Positions 11,917 through 24,398 of a stretch of DNA of 64,000 nt are shown one piece after another (positions within the stretch are counted from its first letter, which is position 1; the number at the start of each line of letters is the position of its first letter). The DNA is from Antedon mediterranea. Lineage: Eukaryota; Animalia; Echinodermata. Under the pieces are notes generated by a model, which saw nothing but the letters and a program-made list of their open reading frames with translations, did no database searches and was not told the origin of the DNA. The translations under genes and the position numbers were made by a program. The stretch is taken from NCBI RefSeq assembly GCF_964355755.1, contig NC_092671.1, forward strand, positions 33,552,304 to 33,616,303, read 5' to 3'.

Positions 11917-14900
11917 TTTATCCCTGTTTTCGTCTTCTGCCCTCTGAAATTAGTTTTACAGAAAAAAAGTACTATAAGATTATACAATAAAACAATCTTA
12001 CATTTGATTGTGGAAAATATAATTTTAGTAAATTAGTTCACAACTTTTTCTGTACTTTAAATTCTGAAATTTGCTTCATCTGGTACATTCTCGGTATAGC
12101 AACGTTGTAATTTCAGATATTAACTACCTATTTTGACAATTAATAAATAATCTGAACACAAATTTTGAGTTCAACAATGGCTGTGCGATTCATAATCGTT
12201 ACAAATAATTAAAGCGCATGCGAATGATTCTTACATAGCATGAAATAGTCTAAAACATAATTAATGTTTATGAGTGCAATAGAGAAAATAATTTAATGAG
12301 GTGGAAGATGAATACTTGCTTATCAAGTAAAACGATTACATAGCTGCGTTCAGCGTCGAGAAAACGAAACACTGAGATGCAATTTTATTTGCCGGAGCCA
12401 GACCGGAGCCGAATCGGAGAACATTTGAAAGATGCTTAATACTAACTTTTCCCTTTAGGCTTAACAGTTGTACCCACTAGAGATTTTGGTAATAATTCAA
12501 TTGAAATAATAAAAATTTATAATTATATAATGATCAATTTGATAATTTGATTAATGTATGATTTTTTCGTATAAGTTACGTTTCACGGGGTTCACGTAAT
12601 GAAACCATTGATCCGTCAAGCTAAAACTAGTTTGACAACATTACAACATGCACTGGCTTCCTTGTCATCTTTTTCGTATAAATAATGGTGTAAGAAACAA
12701 TGAAAACACTGCGTATCTTTTTAAGATGTTATGTTAATAATTAAATTTGTATTATATAGATACTTACGACGACCTAGTTGTATTCGGCGTTCATGGTCTA
12801 AAAATAGATAGAAAAAGTCCTGACAATGACAGGATATTATAATGCACATTTGTTACATATTTACATTACAAAATATTTTATAAATAAAAAATATTACATT
12901 TATTTAGATTTCAAGAACACACCTTAATTTTGTCAACGACCAAAGAATCCTAGGCCTAGCCATAGCTGGGCTAAAGCACCTAAAATAGGCTAGAAATGCA
13001 GGAAATATACTGTATGGCCCTTCGAATGATTAAACCTTGATGGCCCAAACGGGAATTGTAGGGCTCCTGTCGGGGGCTTGCAAGATAAGGTTGCTTCAAT
13101 GGTATTTGTGTGAATCCCAATGTGTAACAGCTGTAAGTCAACGTGAAATAGTCGTTTGGCTCTTTTTGCATGATTAAGTCTTGCATGAACCAACGTGCAT
13201 TTTGTGCTACTGCCTGCTGAAACTAGCAGGATGAAGTTGCTGTCAATGATATTTTTGTGCATCCCATAGTGTAACAGTTACAATGCAACATGAATTAGTC
13301 GTTTGGCTCTGTTTGCACGTCTTGTATGGCCCAACGTGTATTTCTAGGCTACAGTCTGGGGCAACTTACATAGAGGATAAAGTTGACATGATTAACATCA
13401 TTTGTGGGCCTACAGTGGGGGGGGGGGGGGGTGTAGAAAGCGATGACCCCGAATTGGACGACCCCAACGATTTGGGCGACCTCGAATTGGACGACCTAGA
13501 ATTGGACAACCCATAACACGAAACCGACGACCCCTATAGCCTAGCCTAGCCTAGGCCTAAGTGTGGTATAACATCCCGAAGCCGAACATAGCCAAATATT
13601 TTTAAACCATACCTTATATAATACTCGCAAGCTAGCAATTGATTAAAAAAATTCAGAAATATCGCCAGTTGATACTGAATGTGTCGACACGAACAAACGA
13701 ACACATATGGAACGCCAAGAGTGCATCATTAGAACTGCATAAATTGGTCCACTCACCAAGTGCGAACATTTAAAAAAAAAAACGATCGTTTTAGGTTAAT
13801 TTAAATATGGTAATTATATTATAATCAGGTCAAAGATCAAAGTGATACTTCCGGTCATTTTTGGAGAAAAAATCCATTAGAGTAAATGATGTATTCTGAA
13901 CAAATCCTCTCTAGCTAGTTACATAGATCTGGCAACATAAAATGTAGTCATGTCGTTGGCCGCCATCTTGGGGCAAACGTACAGATAGCCTTGATTGAAT
14001 TTGATTTGATTTTATTATTTGGGTTAACGATGACCAATCCACTGAGCAAACCTTACCCGCCGCTGAAAAAGGGGCCGTTTTGACATGGTTTGCCATGTTT
14101 ATGATATTTCGTGTGCTAATCGAGTCGAATGCAGTTTTAATGATGACCTCCTGGCATTCCATATCTGTTCGTTTGTTCGTGTCGACACATTCATTATCAA
14201 ATGGCGATATTTCTGTATTTTTTCAATCAATTGCTTGTATCAATCAATCAATCAATCAATCAATTGCGAGTATTATATAAGGTATGGTTTAAAGAGCGTT
14301 GGCTATGTTTGGCTTCGGGATGTTATACCGCACTTAGGCCTAGGCTAGGCTATTAGGGGTCGTCGGTTTCGTGTTATGGGAGCACATTTGAAAGATGCTT
14401 AATACTACTTTTTCCTTTAGGCTTAACAGTTGTACCCACTAGAGATTTTGATAATAATTCAAATTGAAATATTAACAATTAATTATCAATTTGATAATTT
14501 GTTTAATGTATGATCTTTTCGTATAAGTTACATTTCATGGGGTTCACGATATGAAACCATTGATATATGGTGAAACTAAGATCCGTTAAGCTCTGTTTAC
14601 ACTATCAAACTAGTTTGACAAAAATTACAGCAATGGCTTCCTTGTCATCTTTTTTGTATAATTGATGGTGTAAGAAACAATGAAACACTGCGTATCTTTT
14701 TTAAATGTTATGTTAATAATTAAATTTGTATTATAATTATATATACTCACGACGACCTAGTTGTATTCGGCGTTCATAGTCTATAAATAGATAGAAAAAG
14801 TCCTGATAATGACAGGATATTATAATGCATATTTTTTACATATTTACATTACAAAACATTTTTATAAATAAAAAATATTATATTTATTTAGATTTTATAA

Positions 14901-17900
14901 ACACACCTATAATACTACTGTATTGTTAATTTTGTAAACGACCAAAGAATCCTAGGCCTAGACATAGCTGGGCCGGCTAAAGCGCCTAAAATAGGCTAGA
15001 AATGTAGGAAATATACTGTATGGCCCTTCGAATGATTAAACCTTGATGGCCCAAACGGGAATTGCTGGGCTCCTGTCTGGGGCTTGCAAGATAAGGTTGC
15101 TTCAATGGTATTTGTGTGCATCCCAATGTGTAACAGCTGCAAGTCAACGTGAAATAGTCGTTTGGCTCTGTTCGCAAGTCTTGTATGGCCCAACGTGCAT
15201 TTCTGGGCTACAGTCTGGGGCAACTTACATAGAGGATAAAGTTGACATGATTAACATCATTTGTGGAGCTACAGTGGGGCTACTGTCTTACAAGATAAAG
15301 TTACTGTCATTGCTGTATACACATGTGGTATTTTATCCGTGTGGATTTTAACATGATATAGAAATAAATTCATTTATACATATTAACTAACCTTTGTTTT
15401 GCTTCACTTATTCCTAACTTATCTCTGTGTACACTGTCAAATATTTTAACAAAAAAGTGTGATGTTCCCAAAATGGTAGTGATATACCCAAATATGGTAG
15501 TGATATGACATCATCCCGTCCATATATGGAAACATCTTATTTTTTGCAACATAAACTTTGATAGTGTAGACAGAGCTTAACATCATGCAAATTCTCATAC
15601 AAAATTGCTGAAATAATAAAAAAAGTGAAGTTTTGCTTTAGGTTTGCATCTTTAGCAACCAAGGATATCACGTTTCAGTTATAAGTTTAACTTACCAGAA
15701 TCGGGTTCAGTTTTATTGTCTGAAAAACAAAGTGCAACTTTAAAAATAAAAAACAAATTATTTGAGTACAATGAATTCCAATTTAAAAAACGTAATCAGG
15801 CCTCTAATGTACTAATATTGGTTTTAACTCTGTTTTGTTCGGAATATGATGCGCTCTGAAATACATAAATTACCACATGATTTATTAAAGAACTAATACA
15901 TTCATAAACATATGTTTATATTACATAGTTTACTCCTACCAAGTTTGTTTTGTGTAAACAAAATGTATATATATATATGTATGTATGTATGTGCGTATGA
16001 TATTGTCAATCTTCATCGTCCTATTAATGAATGGCCTATTACGATATTTACTCACGTTCCGCATCTACTCCTCTCATTCTATCCGAGTCTGAATAGAGCA
16101 ACCCTTTAAATACAAAATACATACAAATATTTATTTAGATAATGACAAACGAAATATACAAATGCAAAGAAAAAGAAACAACAGCATGGGTATATTTTTT
16201 AACCAAAACTAAAAACATAAATTAACATAATTAAATTGATGAATAAAAGTGGTATGAACCCACAAAAGATAAAAAATATAATAAACACTATGATGGGTAT
16301 TGATATTATTATATCAACTTTGTTTTGAAAGAAATGCAACCAACCAATTAATTTTTAATTGTTGATGTCAACTGCCCGTTTTTTATTTTATGATGTTTTC
16401 CTATAAACTTATATGGTACTACTTTTTCCTAATGATTAGCTTCGGCCCGATGAACCACCCTAATAAATTATTTTTGAAATAAATAAATTAAAATAAAATC
16501 GAATGTTTACAAAAATTTATTCTTCTAGCGGAAACATGCTATAATCTGTGATACTGATACAAAACACACACTTTGTATCTCTAGAGTAGTAAAAATATTA
16601 CAAACCTACGCATCATTAGATCAACTCGCGTACCCCATAGTACGTGCCCACGGATGGTTCTCGAAGATATAAAGCTTTGACGTAAAGAACTGAAAATTTT
16701 TCAAAGTTAAACCAAGGAACTCCATAAACGCGATATAATGTTAAGTAGTTGGATATAATTGTGCCCATCATTAGCAGGTCTATAAGCTTAAGATAGATTA
16801 CGTGAAACAAATGCAAAATGTGATAAATACCAAAAAACATAACCCACATTGGGAAAAGGCACATACAATTAACATTTACATATTGCATTACAGAACCTTA
16901 TCCACTCACCACCTACCAAAAAATCAATATAATCCTAGCCAAAATTTAACCTAAATTCATTTAATCGTCAATAACTATGTATCAGTCTAACTAAACTTAA
17001 TTAATAAACATGTTTAAGGTGTTAAAATCAGTACCGAAAGTATGTATCAACTTACTATAGGGTAAACATTCCAAAGTGGAGCGCGATTTACCGAATTTTG
17101 CTCTTACGTAAATTTATATATAAATGATATATGCCTATTTTGTAAATATACAATGTTAACGTGTAATTACTTACCTGTATCCTGAAATACATTGTTAACA
17201 TTAATAAAAACAAAAACAAATCATGTAGGAGGACAATAAGTAAATGTAATAGATGGAGGCCTGATTACAAAACCATTAATTGATTCATATTTTCAACTTT
17301 TTGATTAGCTTTTTTTTAAATTATTATTTTTTTTTGTCATATAATAATATATGTATATATGCACATTTATATAATTCTCTTATTTATAAGGTACATTGTT
17401 AAAAAATACATATCTTTTGAACAGTATATACATAAGAATAAGATTATTTTGATGTTAAAAAGTAACCACATTTACATTCATATACATTTTTAAAAATACA
17501 ATTAGTTAAATTTGTCGATGGCAATAAAATGACGATAACAATTGATTTAAAAAAACGTAGTTATGAAAAAGTGATTATTTTTGTTTTATTCTGTTCGTGT
17601 CCGTTTCGTTTTTTTAAATTATTTAACGTTTAACACAAGGATCAGCTTTAGTCTCAAGAAGCCTATGCAACATACAACAAATATGAGCTAAGCAACAGAA
17701 GGTGTAAATATATTATAAAAAGACATGAGACAAGTAAATAGTAAATCAGTTTACCTTTCAGTGTTAACGTTTACTGTATTGGTACCTTTGTGATGTTAGG
17801 CCTACATTGTACACGCATTGTTTGTGGGTGATTAATTTGTATAGTATAATAGCCACTTTTCAACTAGGCGAATTTGTTCGCACGATTAAACGTTTTGCAG

Positions 17901-18912
17901 AGAAAAAAAACCCGCTATATTCTTTCCACCGCAAGAAAGCGAATAGCTGTGAATTATGATGTTCATCTTGTGTCTATTCAGCAGATTGTCGATTGTCATG
18001 AGTACTCATGAACGCACCATAGCTTATTTCATGAGCTCTGATTAGTTGCACAATGTTTCACTTCGTAAAAAATAAAACAATTCGAACTACCAATTTCGAC
18101 GAAAAAGAGAATATGCATGCGTAGAAGCAACTGCTTTTAATTCGAAAAATTCGTCACTAGTGAAAAATCGGCTTTACGGAAAATATTAATAGGCCTATGT
18201 ACATGTTTATAAAATACTATACATACATTTTACAAAAACTAATTGATAATTTACTTACTGCATCTTCTTGACAACACAAAGCTTCGACTGGAAATAAAAT
18301 TACAAGAAGCTTACTTGTTGACATTCAGATTGCCCGTCAATAAGTTTTAAGTTTAAAGCTTATAATAAGATTGGTTTATCATAAAATAATGTTTGTGTCT
18401 CGGTAAGGGAAACAACTAGTTTAAAATATTACTAGGCACTTACTTGGATATTGTCCATAAACAAACTGAAATGAAGACACGAACAAAATCACAAGGATCA
18501 AAGTTTGAAAACTGCCGAAAAAGAAATATTTTGGCAGCCATGAATGGATAATAATGAAAGAAAAGAATAGAAATTAAAATGTGTAGGTACAAAAGCAACA
18601 TTACTCTATCTTCAACTTTTGTGGTTTATCAAAGTTTCTGATATGCGAATAGTCTACTAACGAAACTTTTTTAGGTAAATGTATCAGTAAAATGGATTGA
18701 AAAAAAAAAACGTTTCATCCATTCCACTAAAAATGTAATAAGTAATAAAAAAAAAATACATTTGAATAATATTGTTCTATTTTTATTTTTATCCCTTTAC
18801 TATGTATGATGTTTATACAGTATTGTTATCTGTGACAAGAAAGGCCCATTTTAAACCTCTATTTTGACCAAAATTGAATTGGAAGTACAGGTACTTACAA
18901 TTTAGCTTGCAT
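11917..18912 (-). CDS. Micro-exon gene A: predicted secreted peptide of about 86-110 aa
   Basis: GT-AG exons: 18912-18899 (MQAK-F), 18511-18444 (FQTLILVILFVSSFQFVYGQYP), 18287-18259 (IEALCCQEDA), 17181-17175 (7 nt, DT), optional weaker pair 17102-17056 and 16934-16910, 16088-16056 (DSDRMRGVDAE), 15719-15696 (HNKTEPDS), 14780-14751 (DYERRIQLGR), 12797-12768 (HHERRIQLGR), 11943-11917 (QGRRRKQG-stop). Phases join in frame. Candidate 3'UTR exon from 11834 with AATAAA at 11811-11806. Confidence 0.7.
12416..15278. repeat. About 0.9-1.0 kb direct duplication (12416-~13418 and 14379-~15278), each copy carrying a 30-nt micro-exon of gene A
   Basis: Both copies run from GGAG.ACATTTGAAAGATGCTT to TTAACATCATTTGTGG..CTACAGTGGGG with high identity and small indels. 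Confidence 0.93.
13510..14380. mobile_element. Foldback/MITE-like element with about 230-bp inverted arms
   Basis: 13510-13740 (CCCATAACACGAAACCGACGACCCC...AACTGCAT) is inverted at 14129-14380. Confidence 0.8.
15421..15579. mobile_element. Short MITE (empty form of the outer element of the 48.4-51.3 kb nest)
   Basis: CTCTGTGTACACTGTCAAA...TTTGATAGTGTAGACAGAG inverted ends; internal CCAAATATGGTAGTGATATGACATCATC. Confidence 0.7.
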
Positions 18913-20515
18913 GATGCTGTTGAACGAATACTACAATTCATCATTGGTTCAAATTAAAAACAACAGTAAAAATGGTAATTTAAATAATAATAATAATTCG
19001 ATAAATAATATAATAAATTTACAGCTGCTGTCTCTTCAAAAGACTAAATTAGTACACAGAATCATTATTTATATGGTAATTATTTGTTACAAATTATTTA
19101 AACAAATTTGAATATTATGTTAATCAATCGTGTAAGCAGTAATTCTTTTATCATTCCAATATCAATAAATTCTTTTATATTAAATTTAATATCTGTTTAG
19201 ATGTGTTTAGGTCTATTGTTTAATATTGTGCTATGGCAAAAGAAGAATGCATTGATTACACCAGTTATAGGAATGCAAATGTCTTTGTACTATCGAAGCA
19301 TTAATCTTATCGTTGGTACAGAATCGTAATTATACATCTACCTTTTGGCGTCTCTATCATAGTTTGTTTACTCTTGATATCCAAATTTGTAATCAAAAAG
19401 TATGTAAATGCATTAACATTTTGTCCCCATATAGCTTATGTTAGCTTGTCTCAATCCAAGTAAACTTTTGTAATGAAAGTCCTACAGTTAAATTTGTATA
19501 TGTACATAGGCCCATGGAGTAATTTATAATTCTTCCACAAGCGCCACATTTTGTATCTTATTTGTTAATTGTATGTGCATTGTATTTCAGTAACAAACGG
19601 CTACTGTTGTAAGGAAACATTTTGTTTTTACTGTATGGTAATCAAAATTTAAATAATAATATTTAATTATTTGTATATCTACGGACGTACCATAATTTTC
19701 AAAATTATTTTTAAAATGTTCTAGCAATACTTTTGAATTCTTAAATAACAGTTTTTAAACTTCATATTACGGACCGTACCAACAACTTAAACGTGTTTTT
19801 AAAATGTAGTGTAAAATGTTCTATATTTAGTTTTGTTACAATGAATTTTACTGACAGCATTCATTGCATACTTATAATAAGCATTTACTCTACTAGACGT
19901 ATGTTATGTTAAACTTTCTTTCAACCTTTTGTGTATTACGTATCAATGGAAATGAGATGTGGAAAATGAGACTTAAATTAACGCATATCATATATACGTT
20001 TGCGTTTTCTCGCCGCGGTTGAAATCTGTTAATAAGCGAGGCTCAAACCTGTCGAAGAAGAGTACTAAATGCTAGTATTTTATATTTTTGTTTATTCACT
20101 ACTTACAAGCTATGCTTTTATAGGCTTTTATTTTAAGTTAAGTGAAGTAAAATGAAATGAGGTTCTTTTCTTCTAGTTAGTTCTTAGCTGGGATGATGTT
20201 CCTGGCACATTTTCATCTGTCTTATCAAGTTCAGTTGATACGAAAACGTTTGGTAAATAAGCAGGAATTGTGTGAAAACAAAGTTTAACACTATTCCATT
20301 TTGAGAACTGATAGGGCGTGGTACAATCCTCTTGGACCACGCTGCTCTCACGTCTTCAACAATTATTCAGTAAGATATTTTTAATCTCCGTTTTCGTCAC
20401 TTTTCAGTTACCATCTGACAATATTTTTCTTAAACACCAATTCTTATAAACCACAGTATTTTTACTCATATTAATTTGACTTCAACCATAAAGGAAATAG
20501 TAATATTTTTCAACA

Positions 20516-21139
20516 ATGTTAACTGCTGTCATATTAGGCCACAGCTTTGTATCAGGTATGCTTCACATCATGGCGTACCACCATGGCAACAACGGGGTTC
20601 TAGGCCCCAAAAAAATACCTGACGTTTTACGCGTCAGCAACCATTACAGTGCTGTGCATTTTAAGGGGTTTTCGGGGCTTAAGATCGAAGACCTCCGTAA
20701 GCCTCAGTATTACACAATAATAACAGATATACAGCCAGACGTTCTGAATATTGATATAGGGTCAAACGATCTTACATCATCATCTAATACACCACTGGAC
20801 GTGGCTACACAACATATTATAACAACGTTACTGGTTGACATGTTAACTTTATGGCACCCACGTGAAGTCGTTCTATGCTCAGCCCTTTACAGAGCATACC
20901 ACAATGATGGGCATATTGAGGATTTCAATGAACGTATATTTCAATACAATGGCATATTAAAAGATTTTGCCACTTATCATTCCGAACATTTTTATTACCA
21001 TTTGCACCCAGGTTTTTGGCAGGTACCTGTGTCTTCTTGGTCCACTGATGGAATACACCCAAATTCACTAGAGGGAAGGAAAAAGTACAAAGCTTCCCTA
21101 CGAACTGCACTGCTTCAAGCAGCTGCCCGTTTAAAATAA
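20516..21139 (+). CDS. SGNH/GDSL hydrolase (esterase)-like protein, 207 aa
   Basis: Block I ILGHSF, block II GFSG, block III IGSND, block V DGIHP; uninterrupted ORF followed by an A-rich tract. Confidence 0.88.
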   Translation: MLTAVILGHSFVSGMLHIMAYHHGNNGVLGPKKIPDVLRVSNHYSAVHFKGFSGLKIEDLRKPQYYTIITDIQPDVLNIDIGSNDLTSSSNTPLDVATQHIITTLLVDMLTLWHPREVVLCSALYRAYHNDGHIEDFNERIFQYNGILKDFATYHSEHFYYHLHPGFWQVPVSSWSTDGIHPNSLEGRKKYKASLRTALLQAAARLK

Positions 21140-21299
21140 AAAGATAAAAAAATAAAAAATATATAAAAAAAAAAAAATAAAAAAAAAAAAAAAACAACAA
21201 TAAATAAATTTAAAAAAAATAAATAAATGGAAAATTATAAAAAAAAGAAGAAATAAACAAACAAATAAAACACTTTTAAGCAATTCATTTGTTCAGGGT

Positions 21300-21930
21300 A
21301 CCACAGATTACAGGTCACACCGGGCCACTTTGCGCCACGATCTGTATTGTATAATTTTCAAACCACAGATTGTCACTGGTCACATCAGGCCACTTTCCGC
21401 CAAGACCTGCATTGTATAATTCTCATGCCAAAGATTGTCACAGGTCACATCGGGCCACTTTGCGCCACGATCTGTATTGCATAATTTCCAACCCACAGAT
21501 TGTCACAGGTCACATCGGGCCACTTTGCGCCACGACCTGTATAACTTTCAAACCACAGATTGTCACAGGTCAAATTGGGCCACTTTGCGCCACGACCTGT
21601 ATTGTATAATTCTCAAGCCACAGATTGTCACAGGTCACATCGGGCCACTTTGTGCCACGACCTGTTTTGTATAATTTTCAAACCACAGACTGTCACATGT
21701 CACATCGGGTCACTTTGCTCCACGACCTGTATTGTATAATTTTCAAACCACAGACTGTCACAGGTCACATCGGGCCACTTTGCGCCACGACCTGTATTGT
21801 ATAATTTTCAAACCACATACTGTCACAGGTCACATCGGGCCACTTTGCGCCACGACCTGTATTGTATATTTTGAAAACACAGATTGTCCCCGGTCACATA
21901 GGCCTACTATGTGCAATGATCTGTTGGTAT
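21300..21930 (+). repeat. Minisatellite, about 65-bp unit, about 10 copies
   Basis: Unit AACCACAGATTGTCACAGGTCACATCGGGCCACTTTGCGCCACGACCTGTATTGTATAATTTTCA. Confidence 0.95.
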
Positions 21931-21994
21931 AAATGTATTTACTTCATGTTTACTACGTTTCATTAACACAGCATTTAGTTTACAGGTTGGAAAG

Positions 21995-23050
21995 ATGGTT
22001 AAGAGGGCTGCCAAGAAAACTAAAGAACTTGCCAAAAACAGAAAAAATCTAACAATGCCAGGCAACCAAATAAAAAATCAAACTCAACTACCACCAGTAC
22101 TCCCAGTGCAGACGTCCACGACCGACTCACTGAGATGCAAACAATGATTACTCAACTGACTGAATTTCTAAACAAGATTAGTAAGTCTGACGAACCTTCA
22201 CAGGACTCCATTGAAAACATACTATCCTCTGAAGGTTCACTAAACACTAGCTTGTAATTAGATGAAACAACAGGCCCTTATAACCATAATGACAACCCCC
22301 TTAATACAGCACCCCTCCCTTTCACAATTGTTAATGGGGATGCCACGGAAAACCTCCTTCGTTATTCAGGAGGCATTAAGGCGGGTGTTTTGGTCCCTGA
22401 AAAAAAAAATCAAAATCAAAATCAAAGATCAAAATTTTATAGACTTCTGGGAGCTAACAAACCCTGATACAAACGACACATACACCTTGCAGTATAATGG
22501 GACTTTCCAACTTGTTCAAAAAATACGGAAACGCCAATTATCAGAACACGAATGGACTTTGGCTTTTTTCGACTTTTTAACCATACATCTAACCTTTCAC
22601 CCAGGAGACATGCAAGATCTGTTCACATACGGGAAACACATCAAAACATTGATGCAAAATAACCAAGGCACATGGAGGTCTTACGATGAAGGGTTTAGAC
22701 GAGCTAGGGAACATACGCTGTGCTCCTGGGCTACGGTCAGATGTGACCTAATACACACAATAATAACACAACACCAGGGGAAATTTCGTCCCTATAGCAT
22801 TTTCAAGGGCACAAACCATACCAACAATAGATTTCGGTTTCAAGGCCCCAGTGACCCAAACATACCAACGGGATACTGTAGGCATTACCACACCCAATCA
22901 CAGAGATGCATGCAACCCATGCAATGAAAATTCTCGCACAAATGTTGGAATTGCCACGATGATCGACCACACCCCTATTTTAGATGTAGGAAAGGGATCC
23001 AACAACAACAACAAATGCCTAAAGCAAAGCACACTACTGCATCAAGCATG
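21995..23050 (+). pseudogene. DIRS-type gag-like ORF1 (frameshifted)
   Basis: FIDFWEL, EWTLAFFDF, WRSYDEGFRR..W and a C-terminal Cys/His cluster (YCRHYH...C, then HKCWNC...HP in another frame). Confidence 0.7.
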
Positions 23051-23079
23051 CCAAAACAAACATACACACAACACAGACA

Positions 23080-24310
23080 ATCAACTCCCAACACCAATAA
23101 GGACAAATAAACTCTCCTGCCTTTTAAAGGGGTATGCAGGCAGAGAATATTTGATCACAGGGTTTAAACATGGGTTTCTGCTCAATATGAAAGGCCCGAG
23201 ATAGGTTTTACTGCTAAGAATTCCGTTACAGCGGTAGAATGTCCAGAAATCATAACAAACAAAATACACACTGAGTTAGCATTAGGACGTATTGCAGGGC
23301 CCTCTAACACACCCCCACTGAGAGATTTTAAATCATCACCATTGAGCCTGAGAGAAAAGTCAGAGAAAGGAAAGTTTAGACTGATGCATAATTTATCATT
23401 TCCTTATGACGAAAGATCTGTTAACTACAATATACCACAACAACATAAAACAGTACACTATGAACGAATATCAACTGCAATTGATATTATTAAAAAAAAC
23501 AACCTACCCAGCATACTTAGCTAAAACAAACATTAAAGATGCATTCAGATTAATACCCCTACATCCTTCACAGTACCACCTCACAGGTTTCTCATGGGAT
23601 GATAAAATATATTACGACAAAGTCCTACCACAAGGTTGTGGGTCGTCATGTAAAATTTTTGAATCATTCTCAGATGCAATAAAATGGATCCTAACAGATA
23701 AGCTTGAATGCAAACAAGTAGTTAAAGTTCTTGATGACTTTCTATTTATTGGGAACAATCGAAATGAATGCCAGAGATCACTAAATTCTCTTCTCACTCT
23801 TGCTGAAACAATAGGTATACCTTTATCACCTCGCAAAACAGTTGCCCCACCACAAAATTAACCTTTTTAGGTATTGAACTAGATACGAAATGTATGGTTG
23901 CTAGATTACCACTTTATAAACTGCATAAGTACCAGGCCGATATCCAAAAATGGTTAACTCGAAAAGAAATTACACTTAGGGATCTGCAGTTCCTTACACC
24001 GACATCATGGCTAATGTCTACCATTTAAACAGTAAGACCAGCAGCAATGCTAATGTCATGAACATAATCAGACCACTTATGTTAATTCTACTTACAAACA
24101 ACATACATTTGACTGCACGAAGATTTAAAGATATGGGATATGTTCCTTAATCAATACAATGGGATCACCCTTATCAGTAAGTCACAGAAAAAGGATTCAA
24201 AATGTTTACACTTCTTTTCTGACTCATCTAAGCAAGCTTTTGATGCCACGTTTGAATCCTCCTGGCCATAAGAACATTCTAAGTGACGCGATTTCTCGTT
24301 GGCAGGTCAA
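23080..24310 (+). pseudogene. DIRS-type reverse transcriptase/RNase H (disrupted)
   Basis: PTPI..LITGFKHGF, KFRLMHNLSFP, KTNIKDAFRLIPLHP, LPQGCGSS, VLDDFL; downstream LFSDSS and SDAISR fragments. Confidence 0.88.
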
Positions 24311-24398
24311 CAAAGACTAAACAATTCCAGATGCACGAGTCACCATTAAAGATTCCACATCACCTCAAACTAGAAAACTTCCACAAGTTAAATGGAAG

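Noticed and set aside
17754-17800. Possible additional gene A exon ending AACACTGAAAG|gtaaac
   Set aside because: Available acceptors give in-frame stops or incompatible phases.
18259-18324. MSTSKLLVILFPVEALCCQEDA as the start of gene A
   Set aside because: A better signal exon (18511-18444) joins in frame to the family-type exon 1 at 18912-18899; only 18287-18259 is kept as exon.
20215-20242. ATCTGTCTTATCAAGTTCAGTTGATACG, reminiscent of U2 snRNA
   Set aside because: Short gapped similarity only; the U2 5' end, branch-point pairing region and Sm site are absent.
21300-21930. Regular repeat array resembling a CRISPR array
   Set aside because: Contiguous 65-bp units without unique spacers, no cas genes and a eukaryotic context; it is a minisatellite. 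The same applies to 27444-27870 and 57305-57500.
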